Shown here one piece after another: positions 20,501 to 30,723 of a stretch of DNA of 64,000 nt (position 1 is the first letter of the stretch; each line of letters begins with the position of its first letter). The DNA comes from an uncultured Parachlamydiaceae bacterium (GTDB taxonomy: Bacteria; Chlamydiota; Chlamydiia; Chlamydiales; Parachlamydiaceae). The notes below the pieces were generated by a model. That model saw nothing but the letters and a program-made list of their open reading frames with translations, ran no database searches and was not told where the DNA came from. Position numbers and translations under genes: made by a program. The stretch spans positions 64,001-128,000 of the forward strand of contig CAVVXH010000010.1 of NCBI GenBank assembly GCA_963752155.1, in the 5' to 3' direction.

Positions 20501-22847
20501 AAATCATCTTCGTTATCCTTTCAAAGATGCGAGTGTCTATTGTCAACAAGGTATCCAAGACGCTTTGGAGTCAGGTAATTTACAGGCAGCCATATTGAAT
20601 ATGAGTGCTTTAGCAGGAGTGATTAGAAGTGAATCGAAGTCTTTGAAAAATTTGAGGGAAAGCCAGGGTGATACGTTGAATTATGCCCGTAAGATACATA
20701 TGAAAGAAGCTGTCGATACGATGGGATTTTTGAGCTGTTTAGCCGATGTTGAGTTAGGGAGAATTCCTGCTGATAAATCCCAACTCGATTTGTATCGCAG
20801 TCTTATTTTTGGAAAAGGTCGATTTATGGAGGCGATTAGATCCATTTTAATGGGACGCTATTTTTATTTTTTGGAGTTATATGAGGCGGCATGTGCGTGT
20901 CATTTTCAATGGTATTCGGAAGAAAAAAGAATGCGTTACAATGTAAATACTCTTTCTCAAAAAACATTGGATGCCTTATCGATTGCAAGACGCATTCCTG
21001 AGTTGTCGTTCACTCAAAGGCTTCGTTATCATCATCAATTCCGCAAAATTTATAAAGACTTAAAATGGGCAGCCAAAGAGTGTCCTCAGAACTATGAACA
21101 TCAATATGCAATACTTAGAGGTGTTCGTGAATCTCTTAAAGGTCGATACCAAAAAGCTATTCAGGAGTTTGAAAAAGCTGCTGATGGGGCTAAAAGAAAC
21201 CGAGGATTTCTTTGGGTGGCGATAGCTAATGAGTTGGCCGGAGACTTACTCGTAAAACAAGGGCATCTTCGCTATGCTGTCGATTATATCCGTGAAGCTT
21301 GTTATTATTATGAGCATTATGGGATGAAGTTGAAAGTCGACGTGCTCGAAAAACGTTATCCCTACTGTTTTGCAAATGTAGATATGAGCTTTAATCATGG
21401 TCAAGGAGCTGAATTAGATAGAATTAGCATGATGACAATGACCACATCGTCAGCAGATCTCGATATCACATCTGTCATAAAAGCCAGCCAATCCATTTCT
21501 GAAGAGCTCGTGCCGGATAAATTGTTTGAAAAAGTATTGCATATCATGATCGAAAATGCGGGAGCTCAAAGAGCTGTGTTTATAGAGAAAGAAAAAAAAC
21601 AATGGCTAGTCAACGCTTCATTTGTTCATCAAAAGGACTCTGATCGGTTTCAAGTTCATAATATTCCATTGAAGGATTACAAAGAGGTTCCACATTCCAT
21701 ACTGAACGTTTCCTTAAGACTAAGAGAACCTATGATTGTCAATAATGCTAAAGAAGATCCACAATATGCAGATGATCTTTATATCAGAAGTGTTGCTCCT
21801 AAATCGATTCTGTGCCTTCCCATTATTTACAAAGAAAAACGAGTGGGTTTGATTTATTTTGAAAATAATCTTACTGGAGGAGCGTTTACTGAAAAGAGAA
21901 TTCATTTGCTTCGTACGTTGTCGACACAGATTGTGATTTCATTAGAAAACGCTCGCCATTTTGAGTACGTACAGTTCATGTATCGTGCGATAGATCGGTT
22001 TGTTCCGAGACGATTTTTGCAGTTACTGCAAAGAGAAAATGTGGAAGATGTGAAATTAGGAGATAGTGTTAAACGAAAAATTAGTGCCTTATTTGCTGAT
22101 ATTCGTGGTTTCACGACTTTAGCGGAAACCCTTACGCCAGAGCGTACAGCATTATTTTTGAATACTTATATGCGTTATATGGCACCAATTATTCGAAAAA
22201 ACAAAGGATTCGTCAATCAATTTTTGGGCGATGGAATCATGGCGCTATTTCCTGAATCACCTTCAGATGCAGTTGATGCAGCTGTTGCTATGAATGAAAT
22301 GCTAGCAAGCTTTAACAAAAAAATCGAAGCCGAAGGATTTGCACCCATTAGTGTTGGAATTGGGATCAACACGGGCGATGCGATGATATGCACCCTTGGA
22401 GAAGAAGAGCGTTTAGATGCAAGTGTTGTGAGTGATGCTATCAACACTGCCTCTCGCGTTGAAGGATTAAACAAGTACTATAGAACTCGGTTGCTCATTA
22501 GTGATGCTGTGTATGATCAACTGACAAATAAAAGTAAATACTTGATCAGATTAGTTGATCGAGTTGTATTAAAAGGTAAGAATAAGGCAACAGCTATTTA
22601 TGAGGTATCGCGACTTCCCTCACCTGAGAATTTTCAAGATGAATTGAGTTATCTAGAGTTATTTACGAATGCATTTGCTTCGTATGAAAAGGGGGATTTT
22701 AAAAAGGCGGAAGAAGCTTTTAACCTTTGCTATAAGCAAAAGCCTGAAGATTACTTAGCAAGAATGTTTCGCGATCGATGCAGCGAGTTTCTGAAAACAG
22801 GTGTTCCGGCTGACTGGAATGGAGTGAATATTCTTTTGGAAAAATGA
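17510..22847 (+). CDS. Multidomain Ser/Thr kinase - AAA ATPase - helical repeat - GAF - class III adenylate/guanylate cyclase (kinase part frameshifted)
   Basis: [20 protein letters not shown] and [15 protein letters not shown] occur across shifted frames. Then Walker [26 protein letters not shown]...LIYFEN, and cyclase [39 protein letters not shown]. Confidence 0.88.
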
Positions 22848-23024
22848 AAATTTTCAATAAAGTTGTTATAATCCTAGGAATTGAAGAGAAACATTTTTGA
22901 TAGAAATATTTATGAATTTAAAAAATAACTTGACAAATTCACTTTAAGAAATTAATTTGAGTTTATGAGGCATAAAAGTGCCATCAGTAGTTTTCTTAAT
23001 AAGTTCTTAAATAAGGAGATCATT

Positions 23025-23543
23025 ATGAATGAATATAAAAAAATAATACCTGCTTTGTGTATATTCACTCTTTCGATTGCCCCTACTTTTAATCTTTTAG
23101 CAATTGGCGGAGCTGGAGCTGGAGGAGGTTTCGGTAACCAAGGGGGTTTAGGAAATCAAAATAATCAAAGCAACCCTAGCGGCCAAAATTATCCAGGAGA
23201 GCAAAATCAAAATAATCCAAAAACTCCAGGGAAAGTAGGAAATGAAGATAATTTTCTAAGTCAAAATTCAATGAGAAATGACGGCATGGGCGGTGGTCGA
23301 AAGATGGATAATCGAATGAATGACGACATGATGGATGATCGTATGGGAAACGATCGCATGAATGACATGGGTGAACACCACCACCACCATCAGCATGGTA
23401 TGGGCAATAGTATGAATGATGACATGATGAACGATCGCATGAATGATATGGGTGGGCATCATCATAACATGGGTAATGATATAAGTGATGATAACATGGG
23501 TGATAGTGGTCGTATGCCTCATGGGAATATGAGAGGACATTAA
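23025..23543 (+). CDS. Secreted low-complexity Met/His/Asp/Asn-rich protein, putative metal-binding
   Basis: RBS aaggag, signal-like N-terminus, repeats MNDDMM.DRMNDMG.HHH, and its own terminator. Confidence 0.75.
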   Translation: MNEYKKIIPALCIFTLSIAPTFNLLAIGGAGAGGGFGNQGGLGNQNNQSNPSGQNYPGEQNQNNPKTPGKVGNEDNFLSQNSMRNDGMGGGRKMDNRMNDDMMDDRMGNDRMNDMGEHHHHHQHGMGNSMNDDMMNDRMNDMGGHHHNMGNDISDDNMGDSGRMPHGNMRGH

Positions 23544-23547
23544 TTCA

Positions 23548-23573
23548 AGCCCCCTATTCCCTGATAGGGGGCT
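23548..23573 (+). terminator. Stem-loop terminator candidate
   Basis: agccccctat-tccctg-atagggggct immediately after the stop codon. No strong U-tract. Confidence 0.6.
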
Positions 23574-23618
23574 CCACAGGCAACTTTCTCTCTTTGTGTT
23601 TAATTTTTCCTATATTAA

Positions 23619-23807
23619 TTAGTGTAGACTAAAGTTATGCTTTAAATAATAACTCCGTAGTTCTTCGTAAGTTTCAAAAGTTGGTTTTTTTATAGCATGT
23701 GACTTGACTTTTTCATTATAAAGCTCAACTGTTAGATCAAGAGGTGTGACTGTGTCTCCTTCTTTTGTTGTGATAGTAATTTTTTTTGGACTGCCATCAT
23801 TTCTCAT
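23619..23807 (-). CDS. Small hypothetical protein
   Basis: 62 aa ATG ORF preceded by ggggctg. No recognisable motif. Confidence 0.35.
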   Translation of the reverse strand: MRNDGSPKKITITTKEGDTVTPLDLTVELYNEKVKSHAIKKPTFETYEELRSYYLKHNFSLH

Positions 23808-24044
23808 TTTCAGCCCCGTTTATTAATAAATTCCTAATATCACTATATTTTGAAACATTGCCCATTGAAGCACCCGCTTATGGTTCTAAATTTATTATAT
23901 AGATATAAAGTTTTATTTGTAAAGAAAGGTTTATTTTTAATAACTACTCAAATAGTAGTTCTTATTTTAGTTGAAATGAAGTCAAACGAAATCGTATGCT
24001 TTGCTTGTGCCCTTTTACAAATTTTATACAACAAAGGAAATAGT

Positions 24045-24632
24045 ATGAAAAAGCACATATTTACGATTCTCTCATTGACATCAGCATTGTTTGGAGCAGG
24101 TTTGCAAGCAAGCCAAGGTTGTGATGGCTTTTATGTTGGTGGTTTCGGAGGAGCCAACTTCATGCAGAAGCAGAAGCATGAAGATTTTCGTTTTAAACCA
24201 AAAACAGGGTATGTTGCCGGCGCTTCAGTAGGGTATAGATTTGCAGATATCGCTCGCGTCGAAGCTGAGTTTGCATATAGAAATAACTCTGTTGACAATG
24301 GTCATGGAAATAAGATTAAACAAAGAAACGAAACTTATTCCTACATGGCTAATGCTTATTATGACTTAGATTTAGGTTGTGACTTTACTCCATACATCGG
24401 TGGTGGTGTGGGTTATGCTCAGAATAGACAAAGAGCCGGTTCTTCTATTGCAAAAGGGTGGGAGATCACAAAGAATACAGAGGGTTTTGCTTATCAGGGA
24501 ATCGCTGGAGTTAGCTATGATATATCTAGCTTATGTGAGAAGGCTTCTGTTGGTCTAGAATATAGATACTTTGCGACAAAACAAGATATTAAAGATCATT
24601 CGGTTGCTGTTGCTTTAAAAAGATATTTCTAA
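24045..24632 (+). CDS. Outer-membrane beta-barrel protein (8-stranded OmpA/Opa-like porin family)
   Basis: Signal peptide, FYVGGFGGANF, RVEAEFAYR, MANAYYD, TPYIGGGVG, FAYQGIAG and C-terminal Phe. Confidence 0.88.
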   Translation: MKKHIFTILSLTSALFGAGLQASQGCDGFYVGGFGGANFMQKQKHEDFRFKPKTGYVAGASVGYRFADIARVEAEFAYRNNSVDNGHGNKIKQRNETYSYMANAYYDLDLGCDFTPYIGGGVGYAQNRQRAGSSIAKGWEITKNTEGFAYQGIAGVSYDISSLCEKASVGLEYRYFATKQDIKDHSVAVALKRYF

Positions 24633-24637
24633 TTTAA

Positions 24638-24673
24638 TAACAATTCCCGTTAATTTATTAACGGGAATTGTTA
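24638..24673. terminator. Bidirectional terminator hairpin between convergent genes
   Basis: taacaattcccgttaat-tt-attaacgggaattgtta is a perfect inverted repeat. Confidence 0.75.
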
Positions 24674-24678
24674 GATGC

Positions 24679-25947
24679 TCACTCTGCGATCTGGGCTTGT
24701 GTTAGCTTAGGCAGTTCGGACTCTTCTTGAGAAAGGACCTTTTTCTCTGTCATCAGCAATAAAGTAAACCCAGCAGTCCCTAGCGCAAGCCCAATTGGAA
24801 TGACTGCGATTCCATAGAGGAGAGCGTCAGAATTGCCAGCTCCGCCCATCATATTAATCACTGCTCCCATGGTTGAATGGAAAGCATAACCGAAGACCAT
24901 GATGATCATATTGGCGACTGCAGTCGTTAATCCCGCAACTTCTCCGCGTACATATGTAGAGGCTTTATAAATTGCTAGAATTTGATAGGCACAGCAGGCT
25001 CCGATGATTGCAAAATTAATGCTGATAGCGGTAGTCGTCAGATGAAAAGTCAAAAGAAGCATAAAAATCATGATTAAAGCGCTACCTGCGGCGATGATGG
25101 TTCCGAGATAGCTGCCGATTTTTTCAGCGATCAAACTTAATATAGGAGCTCCGAAGCACATTCCGATAAAGATCATTGAAGGAAGGCTGGCGGCTAATGT
25201 CCCTTCGAATCCATAAATTTGTTTTAAAAATGCTGTTCCCCAGACATCGGCAAATCCTTCTAAGGGGCCTATCATCAATCCGGCAAATATACATGAACCT
25301 ATGACCCGCCGATTGCTTAAAACTTCCTTAAGATCAGAAAGTGGCGTGCCTTGAGGGGTCGTTTCCATTCTAGGAATAATTAAATAAGTGACAAATGCCA
25401 GAACGATGCCCATTAAAGCAAACAATTCAACGACAGCTTCATAACCCATAGATTCTCGCATATAGCTTACGGGACCTCCGCCATAAATGGCGCCAAGAAG
25501 ACCAATAGTGACTGAAAGGCTGAGCATTCGGGGAAAGCGTTCTTCGCTGAATGTCATGCGGATAATTTTAAATAATCCTAATATTGCGGCAGATGAGCCC
25601 ACCCCGATCATGAATCTACCTACAATGGGGTATATCCAATAGTCAGATATAAGGAGAGGCATTAGACCGACAACATTTAGTAGAATGCAGCCTGTCATGA
25701 CAATACGTGGGCCGTAACGATCTAGCATTATTCCGATAGGTAAATGTAATAATGAATAGCCGATGTAATAGATTCCGGAAAACTGACCGAAAGTTGCTGC
25801 ACCAATGTCAAATTGTTGCATGATGTCGTCGATCATGATGTTAGGCATCACGCGTAAAATATATTGGTAGGCATAGAATATAGATGCTATAAGCCATACA
25901 CACCATACTATTACGCGTGATTTTGAAGCCGAAGCCGGTAAAGTCAT
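24679..25947 (-). CDS. MFS transporter
   Basis: About 12 hydrophobic segments and motif A GIMLDRYGPR. Confidence 0.92.
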   Translation of the reverse strand: MTLPASASKSRVIVWCVWLIASIFYAYQYILRVMPNIMIDDIMQQFDIGAATFGQFSGIYYIGYSLLHLPIGIMLDRYGPRIVMTGCILLNVVGLMPLLISDYWIYPIVGRFMIGVGSSAAILGLFKIIRMTFSEERFPRMLSLSVTIGLLGAIYGGGPVSYMRESMGYEAVVELFALMGIVLAFVTYLIIPRMETTPQGTPLSDLKEVLSNRRVIGSCIFAGLMIGPLEGFADVWGTAFLKQIYGFEGTLAASLPSMIFIGMCFGAPILSLIAEKIGSYLGTIIAAGSALIMIFMLLLTFHLTTTAISINFAIIGACCAYQILAIYKASTYVRGEVAGLTTAVANMIIMVFGYAFHSTMGAVINMMGGAGNSDALLYGIAVIPIGLALGTAGFTLLLMTEKKVLSQEESELPKLTQAQIAE

Positions 25948-26165
25948 TTGAAATCCTCTTTTGAAAGATTAATACTTAAGATCAGCAAAGTCTTAAACAA
26001 TTATTAATAATATTCTATAATGAACTCTGCTGAGTCTGTCAAAATAAATTTTGATGCAATAACATTATTATAGCAAGAAAATATATATTTGTCAAAGCTA
26101 ATTTGCTAATGGGACATGGTTAAGGGAAAGAGAGTCACGTTGCAGTGACTCTCTTATTTCAGAAC

Positions 26166-26708
26166 TTATGGAGACCAGTAACCGGTATCTCTTTTAAATT
26201 GCCCGCAATCTTTTGTCTTTCTTATGGCTTCATCCGCTTTTTTAGATCCATCCCATGTCACAAAAAGATAGGGTTTATAATTCAGGCGCAGTTGGCAGGA
26301 ATCATCGTCTATTGCAAAATAGCTTTTTTCACGAATCCAATCCTTACTCTCTTTAGATGAGAGGTAAACATGGCATTCCTGTCCGAAAATCTCTTTCATT
26401 TTAGTACAAATGCTATCTTTAGTTCGCTTATATAATTCTATATCATCTTCTGTTTTAAGATGAAAAAAATGCCTTTCTTTTGGACAGTCTATCATTTTTG
26501 CCTGTGTTTTGATTTCTTCCATCTTGACAAATGCCGTTCCGATCACTCGGTCGACAAACGGTTCTTGCATTTGTAAAAAACGTTGTTCTCTTTCAAATTT
26601 CATTCGTTCGGCAAGCTCTGCTAAATCCGCCTTTTTTTGAGCGGACAATAGGGCTAATTGAGCCTCATTATGCTGAGACAACTGAAATAAATTAAATGTA
26701 GTATTCAT
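26166..26708 (-). CDS. Hypothetical protein
   Basis: 180 aa ORF with RBS aggag, divergent from the LysR gene. Confidence 0.65.
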   Translation of the reverse strand: MNTTFNLFQLSQHNEAQLALLSAQKKADLAELAERMKFEREQRFLQMQEPFVDRVIGTAFVKMEEIKTQAKMIDCPKERHFFHLKTEDDIELYKRTKDSICTKMKEIFGQECHVYLSSKESKDWIREKSYFAIDDDSCQLRLNYKPYLFVTWDGSKKADEAIRKTKDCGQFKRDTGYWSP

Positions 26709-26835
26709 ACAAATCTCCTAAATTTATTGTTGATTCATTCCCAATTTCTTGATTGAGAATAAATTCATTGTATAAAAATTGGAAATTGTTTAAAAATTAA
26801 TAATCCTAATAAGTCCATTAGCAGGAGTTATACCT

Positions 26836-27675
26836 ATGGAACCTGGATTGAACTTGAATAATCTAAAGTATTTCTTCGATTCGGTAGAGACAGAGAGCAT
26901 CTCAGAGGCTGCCAGAAGAAATTATGTCACGCAATCTGCGGTCAGCCAGGGGATTCAGAAACTGGAAAAAGCCTTGAAAGTCTCTCTTATTACCCATCAA
27001 CGAAATTGCTTTAAGCTGACTCCAGAAGGTCAAGCGGTATTTTTATTAACACAGCAGATCTTCCGAAATCTTAAAGCCATGTCAGATGTTGCTCAAGACT
27101 TTCAGGAGATTATCTCCGGGCATATAAACCTCGCTTGTACTCAAAGCATCGCTATGAATCTTATTTCATCCAATTTTCAAAAAATGAAGAAAAAGTATCC
27201 GCAAGTGATTATGAATATGAAAATTGCGAAGATGGAAAACATTTGTCTGATGTTAAAGCGAGGGGCGATGGATATTGGCATCGTTGTGGAAAGCGAGGTT
27301 TGCGATCAATTTGACAAAATTGTCGTTCATAAGGGGTTTTTTCGAATCTATTCAAAAACCGGGTATTTTGATGAGGGGATCTATGTAGACCATGCCCATG
27401 GCTTAAATGTGGACAGGCTTTCTGAAATGTACCGCAAAAAGTTTGGGAAAGAATTGACGATCCTGCAAGAGCTGGACTCATGGCAGGTGCTTGCCAAATG
27501 CGCAGAAAGTGGAATAGGCGTCTCTTTTCTACCTGATTTTTTGTTGGATGAAAACACGAGCTTGCGCATATGCGAACAATTGCCACCGATCCCTTACAGG
27601 ATTGTTGCCATTTCACCGCGGGGTGTTCACTTATCTCGCGCAACCAAAGCTTTTCTTGATCTTATCATAAATTAA
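26836..27675 (+). CDS. LysR-family transcriptional regulator
   Basis: N-terminal HTH SISEAARRNYVTQSAVSQGIQKLE...LTPEG. Confidence 0.93.
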   Translation: MEPGLNLNNLKYFFDSVETESISEAARRNYVTQSAVSQGIQKLEKALKVSLITHQRNCFKLTPEGQAVFLLTQQIFRNLKAMSDVAQDFQEIISGHINLACTQSIAMNLISSNFQKMKKKYPQVIMNMKIAKMENICLMLKRGAMDIGIVVESEVCDQFDKIVVHKGFFRIYSKTGYFDEGIYVDHAHGLNVDRLSEMYRKKFGKELTILQELDSWQVLAKCAESGIGVSFLPDFLLDENTSLRICEQLPPIPYRIVAISPRGVHLSRATKAFLDLIIN

Positions 27676-27793
27676 TGATAAATCACGCTCAGATATTATG
27701 GCAGTTCGTCTGGCTTTTTAGGAATTCAAGGTGACCTTGATTTTTAACGCAGAGCGAGACAGTTGCCTGCGTCGCTCCCTATCGGGGAATAAC

Positions 27794-28112
27794 AAATTTT
27801 TAAAGCGCCTTGCCATTGGTGCCTGACCTGATATTCTGACATTTGCCGAAAATGATGACATAACCTCCCTGGAGGGCAAATGTCAGAATGTCAGGTCTGG
27901 AACCAAGGCCAGAACGTTACCTCTCAGAATTAAGTATCTTGTTATTAATTGAAAACGACGCTTTTTTCAGTTGCGTAAATCTTGGGGGGAATGTTCCGGC
28001 CTTGGTTCCAGACCTGACATTCTGACATTTGCCCTTTAGGAAGCAATGTTATCGCATCGGCAAATGTCAGAATATCAGGTCAGGCACCAATGGCAAGGCG
28101 CTTTGAAAATTT
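27794..28112. repeat. Nested ~320-bp palindrome (REPIN/MITE-like)
   Basis: Arms of ~120 bp are reverse complements. Each arm contains an internal gacctgaYattctgacatttgcc/ggcaaatgtcagaatRtcaggtc hairpin. Confidence 0.85.
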
Positions 28113-28149
28113 ATCAGTCGATTTTGTTATCTAGGGCAGCTGGGACGCG

Positions 28150-28174
28150 GAGAGTTCGATTCTCTCCACCTCCA
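28150..28174 (+). other. Isolated 3' end of tmRNA (ssrA), att-site-like remnant
   Basis: gagag-ttcgatt-ctctc T-arm followed by cacctcc-a acceptor strand, matching my recollection of the chlamydial tmRNA 3' end. No tmRNA 5' part is seen upstream. Confidence 0.7.
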
Positions 28175-28183
28175 ATCAAAATT

Positions 28184-28219
28184 AAGGCTTCACTTTTTGG
28201 AGTGAAGCCTTTTGTTTTT
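28184..28219 (+). terminator. Rho-independent terminator
   Basis: aaggcttcact-ttttgg-agtgaagcctt followed by ttgttttt. Confidence 0.8.
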
Positions 28220-28341
28220 AGTGACTTACACATCAAAAATCTTATCAAGAATTTCCCCTGCGTAAAGCTCAATTACGCATAGGAAAGCCCATCTGAGGAT
28301 CTGATCCATTATGTAATCACCTAGATCAAGAACTGATTAAG

Positions 28342-29403
28342 TCATTTTTTAGCATGTTCTTTAATAACCTCTTCCTCACTTTTCAAATTATTAGATTGCA
28401 TAAATTGCTCAGGGTATCTTGTACCTGAAAATGAACCTATTGGAGCAATTTCATCTAATCTACGCAAATCTTCGGCCGTTAACTTAATCCTAGTCGCTGA
28501 TAAATTTTCTTCCAAATATCCAACATGTTTAGTGCCTGGAATCGGAATAATGTTGTCCCCCTGCGCTAATACCCATGCCAAGCAAAGCTGAGCTGAAGTA
28601 CACGCTTTTTCAGTTGCCATTTCCACAATCCGCCGAACAATTCTCTGATTTCTTTCCATGTGTTCTCTTTGAAAACGTGGAAACATTTTTCTACAATCAC
28701 CCTTATCATAAAAATCAGATGTCCTACCCAAAGCAGTAAGATATTGACGCCCAAGTGGTGCGTATGGCACAAAAGCTATCCCTAGCTCACGGCAAACTTG
28801 CATGGTTCCATCAATTTCTGGTGTACGACTCATTAAGGAATACTCTGTCTCTACAGCAGCAATATGATGTCTTCCTTCAGTAAACCGCAATAAAGCGCTA
28901 TTGGCTCTTTCTATAATTTCTTTACTAGCCTCTGATAGACCCACATAATGAATTTTGCCTTCTGCTAACAATTCAGCCATAGCATGCATGCTAGCTTCAA
29001 TATCTGCCCCATCACGTGCAATACGATGTAGATAATATAAATCTATATAGCCGATCCCCAGACGAGTTAAACTATCTCTATAGCTTTCTCTAATATGCTC
29101 AGGACTATTATCTACAACTCGTTTAGTCAAATCCCCTGGATCTCTTCTTACGCCACATTTTGTCGCAAGAAAATACGTTTCTCTTGAGATCCCATACAAA
29201 AACGTACCCAGCAATCTCTCATTGTGCCCCAATCCGTATATCGCAGCGGTATCAAAAAAATTACATCCCAATTCTAAAGCTCTATTCAACGTTGCTATGC
29301 TGTCAGGTATATTTACTCGGCCATAAAATTCTGACATGCCCATACAGCCTAAACCTAAAGCAGAAACAAGAGGTCCTTTTTTGCTTAATTTTCTATGCTC
29401 CAT
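28342..29403 (-). CDS. Aldo/keto reductase
   Basis: Motifs SALGLGCMGMSEFYG, FDTAAIYG, ATKCG, IDLYYLHR and IPIPGT. Confidence 0.95.
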   Translation of the reverse strand: MEHRKLSKKGPLVSALGLGCMGMSEFYGRVNIPDSIATLNRALELGCNFFDTAAIYGLGHNERLLGTFLYGISRETYFLATKCGVRRDPGDLTKRVVDNSPEHIRESYRDSLTRLGIGYIDLYYLHRIARDGADIEASMHAMAELLAEGKIHYVGLSEASKEIIERANSALLRFTEGRHHIAAVETEYSLMSRTPEIDGTMQVCRELGIAFVPYAPLGRQYLTALGRTSDFYDKGDCRKMFPRFQREHMERNQRIVRRIVEMATEKACTSAQLCLAWVLAQGDNIIPIPGTKHVGYLEENLSATRIKLTAEDLRRLDEIAPIGSFSGTRYPEQFMQSNNLKSEEEVIKEHAKK

Positions 29404-29486
29404 GTGTTACGACCTCGTTGCTTCAATGCGTTTTTCTAACGACATCAGGAAATCCATTATAAAGTTATTTTTCATTTCGAAAAAAA

Positions 29487-30095
29487 CTAGGTGATGAGAG
29501 CGAAACTTCCAAATCCAAAAAGGATTGAACCTGATATTTTATTTAACCAAATAGAAGATTTAGATGTAAATTTGTCTCTAAAAATAGATGCGATTAGGCT
29601 AAGTATAAACCACCATACAATGGAACCTAAAAATACTCCTAGAGTCGTTATTAGAGCATGACTTGCATTCGAATTTTCATGTCCTATTCCAAGCCCAGCA
29701 TAAACACCTGCAAAGCTAATAATCGTCATTGGGTTAGTGAGTGTTAAGAAAAAAGTCGATAAAAATGCTCGAGAATTTGCCAAACCTACTTCTTTGTTAT
29801 CCGTATCCGATGCTTTTCCAAAAAATGTTGAGATACCAAGGTAGCACAAAAATAGCGCTCCGCAAATTTGGATGTAAGCACCATGAGTTTCTAAAAATGA
29901 GCTTACGGCGGTAACTCCAAATCCTGCAAGCGCTCCATAAATCGCATCAGCACATGCAGCTCCAAGTCCCGTAATCAGTCCGCATAACATTCCAAAAGTC
30001 AGAACATTGCGTATACACAACAAACCAATGGGACCAACTGGCATGGCAATTGAGAAGCCAATCATTAATCCTTTAAAAAGGAGCTCGATAGACAT
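29487..30095 (-). CDS. LysE-family translocator
   Basis: GFSIAMPVGPIGLLCI and FFLTLTNPMTI. Confidence 0.93.
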   Translation of the reverse strand: MSIELLFKGLMIGFSIAMPVGPIGLLCIRNVLTFGMLCGLITGLGAACADAIYGALAGFGVTAVSSFLETHGAYIQICGALFLCYLGISTFFGKASDTDNKEVGLANSRAFLSTFFLTLTNPMTIISFAGVYAGLGIGHENSNASHALITTLGVFLGSIVWWFILSLIASIFRDKFTSKSSIWLNKISGSILFGFGSFALIT

Positions 30096-30101
30096 AAAGC
30101 C

Positions 30102-30560
30102 TCATATTTTGTGTAGTTTTTTAATTGAAGATTCTTTTGATGAAGATAGAACAATGGTGGTTCTCGTTCTTGAAATTCCAGGCAGAATCTTTAAGTTCTC
30201 GTTTAAAAACTTATCTAGATGCTCAGTGTCCTTGCATCTCACTTTAAGAATATAGTCATCATCCCCTGCTACATGATGACATTCTTCAGCTTCCTCCATT
30301 TCCTCAATTGCCTTCAAAAATCCAACTATATGTTTGGGATGAGACAATGATACTGCAATGAAAGCAGTAATTGAGTAACCCAGTGATCTATAATTTAAAA
30401 TTGCACCATATCTGACAATAACACCCTGTTCCTCTAAACGTTTTACGCGTTCAGCTGTTGAAGGAGCGGAAAGTCCTAAAATATGTGCAAGATCGGCCCA
30501 TGTCGCCCTTCCGTTTAAAGAGAGGCGCTCAAGAATTTTATAATCTAAACCATCTAGCAT
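30102..30560 (-). CDS. Lrp/AsnC-family regulator
   Basis: LDGLDYKILERL...LSAPSTAERVKRLEEQGVI and ECHHVAGDDDYILKV. Confidence 0.95.
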   Translation of the reverse strand: MLDGLDYKILERLSLNGRATWADLAHILGLSAPSTAERVKRLEEQGVIVRYGAILNYRSLGYSITAFIAVSLSHPKHIVGFLKAIEEMEEAEECHHVAGDDDYILKVRCKDTEHLDKFLNENLKILPGISRTRTTIVLSSSKESSIKKLHKI

Positions 30561-30676
30561 ATGTAACCTTTGATTAATAGGGTTTATATATATTGTACCT
30601 TATATTCAAAAGAATATCAACCAAATTTCCTTTTTAATAAAAATTCCTAAGATGTTCACTTCTTTAACACAACTTT

Positions 30677-30705
30677 TTTCACAAAAGTATGCTACATTTG
30701 TGAAA
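30677..30705. promoter_or_regulatory. Inverted-repeat operator
   Basis: tttcacaaa-N11-tttgtgaaa just upstream of the RBS and ATG at 30724. Confidence 0.5.
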
Positions 30706-30723
30706 TAAGAAGGGGTTATCAAT

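Noticed and set aside
23268..23540. Minus-strand His/Ile/Val-rich ORF
   Set aside because: It is the antisense of the Met/Asp-rich repeat. The plus strand has the RBS, signal peptide and terminator.
25975..26040. Riboswitch upstream of the MFS transporter (tcagcagagt/actttgctga stem)
   Set aside because: Only a single ~10-bp stem is visible, with no recognisable aptamer consensus.
28142..28180. Complete tRNA gene
   Set aside because: There is no D-arm, anticodon arm or 5' acceptor strand upstream. Only a 3' fragment is present.
27984..28282. 78-aa ORF 28046-28282, and similar ORFs at 42389-42574, 57912-58097 and 63548-63802
   Set aside because: They overlap palindromic elements or terminators, lack an RBS and show no protein motifs.
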